Shown here piece by piece: positions 13,251 through 25,000 of a stretch of DNA of 28,703 nucleotides (the first letter of the stretch is position 1; the number at the start of each line of letters is the position of its first letter). Under the pieces are notes generated by a model, which made no database searches, had not been told where the DNA came from, and saw nothing but the letters and a program-made list of their open reading frames with translations. Made by a program: the position numbers and the translations under genes. Source of the DNA: Macrostomum lignano (Eukaryota); the NCBI GenBank assembly GCA_002269645.1, contig NIVC01005004.1, positions 1-28,703 of the forward strand, given 5' to 3'.

Positions 13251-13288
13251 ACTTATAGGCTTATAATAGTTATTATAAATATAAAGAA

Positions 13289-13324
13289 ATGTCCTTTCTG
13301 GCTATTGACTCTAACGGCTGGCAG
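13289..13324 (+). CDS. TFAP2: Candidate first coding exon, [12 protein letters not shown]
   Basis: ATG at 13289, 12 open codons, strong donor CAG|GTAAGG at 13324/13325, phase 0 matching the next exon. Resembles the vertebrate TFAP2A alternative N-terminus MSILAKMGDWQ (recalled, not searched). Confidence 0.75.
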
Positions 13325-16300
13325 GTAAGGGTGTTGTTAAAAATTATTTTGTCTAATTATCAAAATATCAGGGGATGGATTCAATGGAAGTTTCTCGGGT
13401 TGGTGGCCAACTATATATTGTGACTCTTGTTGGGCCTATGCGATTTTTTACTGTGCTTGCTTCTCATAGTCATATCCGTAGAAGGGTTTTAACTATCTAT
13501 CTTAACCCCGAATACAAAATTAAGTTAATTGACACTTTGCCTGTCTGTATTATTATTAACACTATACCGTGCTGTTTGGTTCTATAGAAAATTATGATAC
13601 ACGAATATTAGCTCCCCAATGCTTGATGCCGCATGCAGCCTCCCTCGGGTCGACGCTTTGTTTATTTTGCTGGACAGGTGGATAATTACAAGGGAGGGGG
13701 CATTGAGATATCTCTCAGCAGCCGCCGCAGCCTCACCATCAACCACATCCCCCCCACTGCGTGCGATCAAACACGATTGAATAACCAATGAACTAAGGCA
13801 CTGGTTTACACAGATATCGGATAAGACGCCTTGAAAATATTCTCATAAATATATGCTTATTGCTACATACAGTGAACGCCAAGTATTAGAGCTGCGGGAT
13901 AGAAATTTGATATCTAAATGAGGCATCCTTTTTAATAGGTCACCATTGCGTGCGTGTGTTGGGGACCAACGGGACGTCAGTTATAGTGACCATTAGTAAA
14001 AATAGGGCCCCTTCATTTAAAAAAAGCATCATCACTCAAACAGAGCACCATCACTCACTCAAACAAAATAGCATCACGCAAACAGAACAGCTATCACTCA
14101 AGCAGAACAGCAATCACTCAAACAGAACAACATCACTCAAACAGAACAGCAATCACTCAAACAGAACAACATCACTCAAACAGAACAACATCACTCAAAC
14201 AGAACAACACCACTCAAACAGAACAACATCACTCAAACAGAACAACATCACTCAAACAGAACAACATCACTCAAACAGAACAGCATCACTCCAACAGAAC
14301 AGCATCACTCAAACAGAACAACATCACTCAAACAGAACAGCATCACTCAAACAGAACAACATCACTCAAACAGAACAACATCACTCAAACAGAACATCAC
14401 TCAAACAGAACAGCATCACTCAAACAGAACAGCATCACTCAAACAGAACAGCATCACTCAAACAGAACAACATCACTCAAACAAAACAGCAATCACTCAA
14501 ACAGAACAACATCACTCAAACAGAACAGCATCACTCAAACAGAACAGCATCACTCAAACAGAACAGCATCACTCAAACAGAACAACATCACTCAAACAAA
14601 ACAGCAATCACTCAAACAGAACAACATCACTCAAACAGAACAGCATCACTCAAACAGAACAGCATCACTCAAACAGAACAACATCACTCAAACAGAACAT
14701 CAACAACATCACTCAAACAGAACAACATCACTCAAACAGAACAACATCACTCAAACAAAACAGCATCACTCAAACAAAACAGCATCACTCAAACAGAACA
14801 GCATCACTCAAACAGAACAACATCACTCAAACAAAACAGCAATCACTCAAACAGAACAACATCACTCAAACAGAACAGCATCACTCAAACAGAACAGCAT
14901 CACTCAAACAGAACAACATCACTCAAACAGAACATCAACAACATCACTCAAACAGAACAACATCACTCAAACAGAACAACATCACTCAAACAGAACAACA
15001 TCACTCAAACAGAACAACATCACTCAAACAGAACAGCCATCACTCAAACAGAACAGCCATCACTCAAACAGAACAGCCATCACTCAAACAGAACAGCCAT
15101 CACTCAAACAGAACAACATCACTCAAACAGAACAGCCATCACTCAAACAGAACAGCCATCACTCAAACAGAACAACATCACTCAAACAGAACAACATCAC
15201 TCAAACAGAACAACATCACTCAAACAGAACAACATCACTCAAACAGAACAGCCATCACTCAAACAGAACAGCCATCACTCAAACAGAACAGCCATCACTC
15301 AAACAGAACAGCCATCACTCAAACAGAACAACATCACTCAAACAGAACAGCCATCACTCAAACAGAACAGCCATCACTCAAACAGAACAACATCACTCAA
15401 ACAGAACAGCATCACTCAAACAGAACAACATCACTCAAACAGAACAACATCACTCAAACAGAACAGCCATCACTCAAACAGAACAGCCATCACTCAAACA
15501 GAACAACATCACTCAAACAGAACAACATCACTCAAACAGAACAGCATCACTCAAACAGAACAACATCACTCAAACAGAACAACATCACTCAAACAGAACA
15601 ACATCACTCAAACAGAACAGCCATCACTCAAACAGAACAGCCATCACTCAAACAGAACAGCCATCACTCAAACAGAACAACATCACTCAAACAGAACAAC
15701 ATCACTCAAACAGAACAGCCATCACTCAAACAGAACAGCCATCACTCAAACAGAACAACATCACTCAAACAGAACAACATCACTCAAACAGAACAGCCAT
15801 CACTCAAACAGAACAGCCATCACTCAAACAGAACAACATCACTCAAACAGAACAACATCACTCAAACAGAACAGCCATCACTCAAACAGAACAGCCATCA
15901 CTCAAACAGAACAACATCACTCAAACAGAACAACATCACTCAAACAGAACAGCCATCACTCAAACAGAACAGCCATCACTCAAACAGAACAGCCATCACT
16001 CAAACAGAACAGCCATCACTCAAACAGAACAACATCACTCAAACAAAACAGCCATCACTCAAACAGAACAGCCATCACTCAAACAGAACAGCCATCACTC
16101 AAACAGAACAACATCACTCAAACAGAACAACATCACTCAAACAGAACAGCATCACTCAAACAGAACAACATCACTCAAACAGAACAGCATCACTCAAACA
16201 GAACAGCATCACTCAAACAGAACAGCCATCACTCAAACAGAACAACATCACTCAAACAGAACAGCATCACTCAAACAGAACAGCATCACTCAAACAGAAC

Positions 16301-19051
16301 AGCCATCACTCAAACAGAACAACATCACTCAAACAGAACAGCATCACTCAAACAGAACAGCCATCACTCAAACAGAACAACATCACTCAAACAGAACAGC
16401 ATCACTCAAACAGAACAACATCACTCAAACAGAACAACATCACTCAAACAGAACAGCCATCACTCAAACAGAACAACATCACTCAAACAGAACAGCCATC
16501 ACTCAAACAGAACAACATCACTCAAACAGAACAGCATCACTCAAACAGAACAGCCATCACTCAAACAGAACAACATCACTCAAACAGAACAACATCACTC
16601 AAACAGAACAACATCACTCCAACACATTCTGCATTATTCATATCTGATACTTCAATCGAACCAATCATATTTAATAAACCATAATTGCCCTCATTAAATT
16701 CGCAGGGTTCCGGATTCTACAAGCACTACTACGGTGAAAAGGTAATTGTTGATTTATTTAAGACCATTAATTATTGTTAATTATTGTTCTGATCGATATA
16801 TTCGCTGTCCCTGTGCACGCATAACTCCCATGCGCTGTTGGGCAGAGACAGAGCGGTGCTGCATGGCTCGGCCCCCAATGAGAGAGCGACGGGGAGTCGC
16901 AGCGGCAGCGGGTGACCAAGCAAATTTTTCTCTGTAGGATTAAAGATGTTGCTCCAGCCGCAGTTTCTTAGAAAACTAAAAAACCCCAGCCTCTTATTCC
17001 TTGGCTCAACCTTGTCCGCCACCAAACTCTTCCTTTATCATCCGCCCCTACCGGATTCTCCCTGGTCCATCCTCCTTGGTCTACCCCTCTCCTATCCCTC
17101 TCCGATTCACCCCTCTCCGATCCGCCCCTCTCCGATCCGCCCCTCTCCGATCCGCCCCTCTCCGATCCGCCCCTCTCCGATCCGCCCCTCTCCGGTCCTC
17201 CCCTACCTGATCCGCCCCTCTCCGATCCGCCATTCCCAGATCCGCTCCTCCCCCAATCCGCCCCTGATAGAACTGCCCCTCCCAGATCCGCCCCTCCCAG
17301 ATCCGCCCCTCCCAGATCTGCCCCTCCCAGATCTGCCCCTCCCAGATCCGCCCCTCCCAGATCCGCCCCTCCCAGATCCGCCCCTCCCAGATCCGCCCCT
17401 CCCAGATCTGCCCCTCCCAGATCCGCCCCTCCCAGATCCGCCCCTCCCAGATCCGCCCCTCCCAGATCCGCCCCTCCCAGATCCGCCCCTCCCAGATCCG
17501 CCCCTCCAAGATCCGCCCCTCCCAGATCCGCCCCTCCCAGATCCGCCCCTCCCAGATCCGCCCCTCCCAGATCCGCCCCTCCCAGATCCGCCCCTCCCAG
17601 ATCCGCCCCTCCCAGATCCGCCCCTCCCAGATCCGCCCCTCCCAGATCCGCCCCTCCCAGATCCGCCCCTCCCAGATCCGCCCCTCCCAGATCCGCCCCT
17701 CCCAGATCCGCCCCTCCCAGATCCGCCCCTCCCAGATTCGCCCCTCCCAGATCCGCCTCTCCCAGATTCGCCCCTCCCAGATCCGCCCCTCCCAGATCCG
17801 CCCCTCCCCCAATCCGCCCATTCTCGAACCGCCCCTCCTTATCCTCCCTTATCCAACCTTACAAAGATGGACATCGCCATAATGCAGCAACATCCAGGAA
17901 CAGCCGGCAGATGTCTCAAAATGCCCCCAGCCCCTACCCAATCATTATTTTTTCACCTGTACCCGATTGGATATTCGTTGACCTATAGTCCAGCTCGGCA
18001 AAAGTAAATTTGCTCAAACCTCGGTGTGCACGTGGAGTTGTTGCTCGAGAGCATCGTCTGTAACAGCAACCGCATGCTGCCCGTTCTGACCGATCAGAGG
18101 AGACTGCCATCAGCCTGTCAGCAAGCCGATTGGGACTATTTTGTAATTGTGAGATAGAAAGGGAGAGAGGATCTATTAAAGTATTGTGTGCCCTTTAGCG
18201 GTCATGGCATATCTATTGTTTGACAATATTAGACAATTGAATCCATTGGGCTTTGATATTATACAAACCTGGGATAGGAGAGAACAAGCAAGAGGATAAC
18301 TAGGGACTATTATGTTAACTTAAGCTCATAAGGTGGAATCTCTACTTATCCTCTTGCTTGTTCTCTCCTTTCCTAGGTCCATTTTTGTCACTTTTTGCCA
18401 AATCCAGCTTCCTGGTGTCACTGTGAGCAGAGTGACGTATCATTTGTGTACATGGGTTACTCGGGCTCCACCCTATGAGCATAAGGTGACAGGCCCTTTG
18501 AGCTTTCAATCTTCAGAATCTCGATCCGGAAGTCAAACATCTGCCTCATCATCATCCGGCACTTTTTCTTCCAGCTTAACAACACATCTCCACTTCAACA
18601 ACGTCACACGCAGGACCGTCGCAGCGGCGAGCTGCACACTCTCGGTCTGGCCACCCCGGTGCCGCCGTTTGGCGCTCAAACCTCGACAGCGTCCGGCCAT
18701 CATCATGCCTCAGCGTCCGCTGCAGCGGCGGCGGCAGCGGCGGCTGCAGCTGCTGCCACGGTTCCGCAGCAGAACCCAACCCAGCAGCAGCAGCAGCAAC
18801 AACAACAGCCTCCGCCAACGGATTTCCAGCCTCCCTATTTCCCGCCGCCCTATCCGCATCATCACTCGCACCAGCCGCATCAGCACTCGGTGGTGCCGGC
18901 TGAATTTCACGATCCCTGGCAACAATTTGCCAGCGCCAATGCCGTGGGCTACGGGTCATTGTACGGGCACCCTGATCCTCACGGCTGCCGCGGCTACCAG
19001 ACTGCCGCTGTTGCCACGGCCGCTCTGGCCGCCCGTGGAAGACACGAACTG

Positions 19052-19085
<34 letters not shown>

Positions 19086-22000
19086 AGCAGCAGATACATC
19101 AGCAGCAGCAGCAACTGCAGCAGCAACAGCAGCAGCAGCAGCAGCAGCAACAGCAATTGGAACAACTTGGTTTAGGCTTGTCCGTGCATAGCTTGGATAA
19201 TCAGGTTAATTTTTTAATCATCGTTGGTTATGATTACATGTCGTCATCTGTTAATTTATATCTATAATCCATATTTACATTTGCAGTCAAGCCTGGAAGA
19301 CAGCTCCTACATGTCGCCGGACCATGTTCTGACTCGACGGGGTAAGTTTTAGATACTATGATTTACCCTCGGATCCTGACACTTCTGACCCTCGGATCCT
19401 GACACTTCTGACCCTCGGATCCTGACCCTGTGACCCTAGTATCCTGACACTTCTGACCCTCGGATCCTGACACTTTGGGACTCGGATCCTGACACTTCTG
19501 ACCCTCGGATCCTAACACTTCTGACCCTTGAATCCTGACACTTCTGACCCTCGGATCCTGACACTTTTTACCCTCGGATCCTGACACTTTTGGGACTCGG
19601 ATCCTGACACTTCTGACACTCGGATCCTGACACTTCTGACCCTCGGATCCTGACACCTGTGACCCTAGTATCCTGACACTTCTAGGACTCGAATCCTGAC
19701 ACTTCTGACCCTCGGATCCTAACACTTCTGACCCTAGTATCCTGACACTTTGGGACTCGGATCCTGACACTTTGGGACTCGGATCCTGACACTTCTGACC
19801 CTCGGATCCTGACACTTTTTACCCTCGGATCCTGACACTTTTGGGACTCGTATCCTGACACTTCTGACCCTCGGATCCTGACACTTCTGACCCTCGGATC
19901 CTGACACTTCTGACCCTCGGATCCTGACACTTTTTACCCTCGGATCCTGACACTTTGGGACTCGGATCCTGACACTTTGGGACTCGGATCCTGACACTTC
20001 TGACCCTCGGATCCTGACACTTTTTACCCTCGGATCCTGACACTTTTGGGACTCGTATCCTGACACTTCTGACCCTCGGATCCTGACACTTCTGACCCTC
20101 GGATCCTGACACTTCTGACCCTCGGATCCTGACACTTCTGACCTTCGGATCCTGACACTTCTGACCTTCGGATCCTGACACTTCTGACCCTCGGATTCTG
20201 ACACTTCTGACCCTCGGATCCTGACACTTCTGACCCTCGGATCCTGACCCTGTGACCCTAGTATCCTGACACTTCTGACCCTCGGATTCTGACACTTTTG
20301 ACTCTCGGATCCTGACACCTCGGACCCTCGGATCCTGACACTTTTCACTCTCGGATCCTGTCACTTTTGGGACCCAGATCCTGACACCTCTGACCCTTAG
20401 ATATAGAAGCACTTCTTGTAAGTTCTACGTTTCGGCTCGCGAGTTCAGAACGGCTTTATGCAATAAATGGAGTAAAACTTTGCCATACTCCACTCCAAGA
20501 CTCTGTATTTATGCACGTCTCTCCAGTGTCGGCTCTTTGTAATTCTGCTAATTCTCAACTAGGCCAGACTCAGACTCAGATATAGGGATTTGGAAAACTT
20601 TCTGTGTGAGCCAAATGCCCTCGAGGCAGAACAAGTCTCTTTCCCTTGTCGGCGTCTATCCCTAGCACTCTGCAATCCGGCATTTAGAAACAGTCAGAGT
20701 TTCTTTTTTCCGCTTGACTTCACTCGAATCCTGCTCTTCAGCATCAATTCGAATCCCTAATCTCCAATTGTGCGCCAGATTATTCCCAGCTTAGCGATTC
20801 TGAAGGGCGGAGCCCTGCTGATTGTTGTATTTATTCCTCATCAGTAAGATTCAACTAACTGCAAATAACAAGTTCTTGGGTGCGCTTGATGAAGCGAGTC
20901 TTGATTTGCCAGATTGCCAAGTTCGAAATCTCCATAAAACTGCTGCCAACTCGGATGAATATAACATTAGATACAGCTGTAGCAAGTTATTAGCAAACAT
21001 GAGTCACATATGACACACCTAATACAACAGTCATTAGCAAACATGAGTCACATCTGACACACCTAATCCAACAGTCATTAGGCAGACATGGGTCACACCT
21101 CTGACACACCTAATCCAACAGTCATTAGCAAACATGAGTCACACCTCTGACACACCTAATCCAACAGTCATTAGCAAACATGAGTCACATCTGACACACC
21201 TAATACAACAGTCATTAGCAAACATGAGTCACATCTGACACACCTAATCCAACAGTCATTAGCAAACATGAGTCACATCTAACACACCTAATCCAACAGT
21301 CATTAGCAAACATGAGTCACACCTCTGACACACCTAATCCAACAGTCATTAGCAAACATGAGTCACATCTGACACACCTAATACAACAGTCATTAGCAAA
21401 CATGAGTCACATCTGACACACCTAATCCAACAGTCATTAGCAAACATGAGTCACATCTAACACACCTAATCCAACAGTCATTAGCAAACATGAGTCACAT
21501 CTGACACACCTAATCCAACAGTCATTAGCAAACATGAGTCACATCTGACACATCTAATACAACAGAGTCATTAGGCAGACATGAGTCACATCTGGCACAC
21601 CTAATCCAACAGTCATTAGGCAGACATGAGTCACATCTGGCACACCTAATCCAACAGTCATTAGGCAGACACGAGTCACACTTCTGACACACCTAATCCA
21701 ACAGTCATTAGGCATGCACGAGTCACACCTCTGACACACCTAATCCAACAGTCATTAGGCAGACATGAGTCACATCTGGCACACCTAATCCAACAGTTAT
21801 TAGGCATGCACGAGTCGCACCTCTGACACACCTAATACAACAAAAACATTGCCCTAAACGCTCAGGTATGCGCACCAAGTCATCAACCGATTCAGCCACC
21901 GCAGCAGCCGCCGCAGCTGCCGCAGCTACCGCTGCCAAAGACATCCTACTGGGAGCGGGACTCGGCGCCCCATCGGATCTGTTCTGCTCCGTGCCTGGTC

Positions 22001-25000
22001 GTCTCAGCCTCCTGTCCAGCACCTCAAAGTACAAAGTGACAGTGGCGGAAATCCAACGTCGCCTGAGTCCACCAGAGTGCCTCAACGCCTCTCTGCTAGG
22101 CGGGGTTCTGCGACGGGCCAAGAGTAAAAACGGTGGCCGATCGTTGCGAGACAAGCTGGACAAAATCGGACTGAATCTGCCGGCTGGAAGGCGGAAGGCG
22201 GCCACCGTGACTTTGCTGACTTCGCTAGTCGAAGGTGAGTCTGTGCGGGAACCTGATGGATGTCGGACTTTGAGTTTCCTGACGCTCGGACGGAAAAAAA
22301 CTTTTTGGAGTCGGGACGGGATCTCAGGACAAGTCGGGACGGGATCTCGGGACAAGTCGGGACGGGATCTCGGGGTCAAGTCGGGACGAGATCTCGGGAC
22401 AAGTCGGGACGAGATCTCGGGACAAGTCGGGACGGGATCTCGGGACAAGTCGGGACGGGATCTCGGGACAAGTCGGGACGGGATCTCGGGACATGTCGGG
22501 ACGAGATCTCGGGACAAGTCGGGACGGGATCTCGGGACAAGTCGGGACGGGATCTCGGGACAAGTCGGGACGGGATCTCGGGACAAGTCGGGATGGGATC
22601 TCGGGACAAGTCTAGTATGTTCCAGATTACGGATAGCGGTGAATAGGGTTTTCGCCATAGACAATTTCAGTCAAGAAAAGCCCAATCTTTCGTGAGCATG
22701 CTAGATGCACCAGTGATACGACAAATTCACGTTCCCTTCAGGCCTCCAGCTGTCCTCAAAGAGACATTACTAATCCAGTTCAAACCAAAAAAAATATTGG
22801 AAAAGAATCGAATGAAACCTTTTATTCACTTCCGCGTGTCAGCAGCTGGTGTCGGATTACCCGGAGCTCACAGTTGCGCTGTCGAGGAGAGGAGAGCAGA
22901 AAGAATTAACAAGAGAGCGGGATTCTGAGTCGGCTTGAATTTCGCTCACTTCCCCCCGCCCTAGTAACCAGAGCAGTAAGCCTCCATACAGAGATGTATA
23001 AAGAGATTTTCAACTTGCTAAACTGATTACGGATAAAATCTTTGGTTAGAAATTCTTTATAACAGATTTTCGCCCCTACCAGATGAAATCCCCTTAGAAA
23101 TATCCTGATAGGGTCTTCCCGGAGTGATCAAGTTTCTCTATTCTGAATCCCAGCTTCTTTTCAGCCGGCACCTGATGGGCGCGCTAGCGGCGGTTGCCAT
23201 GCACGCAAACTGACAATTCTCACTAAGGGTGCACAATATAGGATTGGGTTTTCAGTTCTGTGTGGCTAACAGAGAGAATGTATATGAACTAGGGATTCAT
23301 ACAATATTGAACCCAGATTTTATTTGGACGTCATAAGACACTCTGGTTTGGCGCCATATGACACTCTAAGTTGGCGCTACATGACACTCTAAGTTGGCAC
23401 CATATGAGTATGACACTCTGGTTTAGCGCCATATGACACTCTAAGTTGGCGCTACATGACACTCTAAGTTGGCGCCACATGACACTCTAAGTTGGCGCCA
23501 CATGACACTCTAAGTTGGCGCCATATGACACTCTAAGTTGGCGCTACATGACACTCTAAGTTGGCGCCACATGACACTCTAAGTTGGCGCCACATGACAC
23601 TCTAAGTTGGCGCCACATGACACTCTAAGTTGGCGCCACATGACACTCTAAGTTGGCGCCACATGACACTCTAAGTTGGCGCTACATGACACTCTAAGTT
23701 GGCGCCATATGACACTCTAAGTTGGCGCCATACGAGTATGATACTCTAAGTTGGCGCCACATGACGATCTAGTTAGGCGCCATATGGCATTATAATAAGG
23801 CGCCATATGACACTATAGTTAGGCGCCACGTGACACTAAGTTGGCGCCATATAACGTCGCCACATGACACTCTAAGTTGGCGCCATATGACACTCTAAGT
23901 TGGCGCCACATGACACTCTAAGTTGGCGCCACATGACACTCTAAGTTGGCGCCATATGACACTCTAAGTTGGCGCTACATGACACTCTAAGTTGGCGCTA
24001 CATGACACTCTAAGTTGGCGCCACATGACACTCTAAGTTGGCGCCACATGACACTCTAAGTTGGCGCCACATGACACTCTAAGTTGGCGCTACATGACAC
24101 TCTAAGTTGGTGCTACATGACACTCTAAGTTGGCGCTACATGACACTCTAAGTTGGCGCCACATGACACTCTAAGTTGGCGCCACATGACACTCTAAGTT
24201 GGCGCCACATGACACTCTAAGTTGGTGCTACATGACACTCTAAGTTGGCGCTACATGACACTCTAAGTTGGCGCCATATGACACTCTAAGTTGGCGCCAT
24301 ACGAGTATGATACTCTAAGTTGGCGCCACATGACGATCTAGTTAGGCGCCATATGGCATTATAATAAGGCGCCATATGACACTATAGTTAGGCGCCACGT
24401 GACACTAAGTTGGCGCCATATAACGTCGCCACATGACACTCTAAGTTGGCGCCACATGACACTCTAAGTTGGCGCCACATGACACTCTAAGTTGGCGCCA
24501 CATGACACTCTAAGTTGGTGCTACATGACACTCTAAGTTGGCGCTACATGACACTCTAAGTTGGCGCCACATGACACTCTAAGTTGGCGCCACATGACAC
24601 TCTAAGTTGGCGCCACATGACACTCTAAGTTGGTGCTACATGACACTCTAAGTTGGCGCTATATGATACTGTAATTAGGCGCCATATGACACTCTAAGTT
24701 GGCGCCATATGACACTCTAAGTTGGCGCTACATGACACTCTAAGTTGGCGCCATATGACACTCTAAGTTGGCGCTACATGACACTCTAAGTTGGCGCCAT
24801 ATGACACTCTAATTGAAGCTCCACTCTATGAAGCTATGACACTATAAATAGGCGCCATATGACACTATAGTTAGGCGCCATATGACACTCTAAGTGGCGC
24901 CATATGACATTATAATAAGGCGCCATATGACACTATGGTGTCATATAGTTAGGCGCCATATGACACTATAGTTAGGCGCCATATGACACTATAGTTAGGC

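Noticed and set aside
13274-13286. TATAAA motifs just upstream of the candidate start codon
   Set aside because: Only about 10 nt from the ATG, too close to be the TATA box for this exon; more likely AT-rich 5' UTR.
13950-16697. 915-aa ORF rich in SNRT, ITQTEQ and SLKQN, resembling a mucin or surface protein
   Set aside because: The unit is 19-20 bp, so the peptide cycles through all three frames of one DNA unit. The strand is T-poor and lacks stops by composition. It starts at GTG and lies in an AP-2 intron.
19363-20412. [10 protein letters not shown] repeat ORFs on the minus strand
   Set aside because: Translations of a 23-bp non-triplet array inside an AP-2 intron.
22235-22695. C-terminal extension of the supplied 275-aa AP-2 ORF ([11 protein letters not shown] repeats)
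   Set aside because: Read-through past a perfect G|GTGAGT donor into intronic repeat. The true continuation is at 25318.
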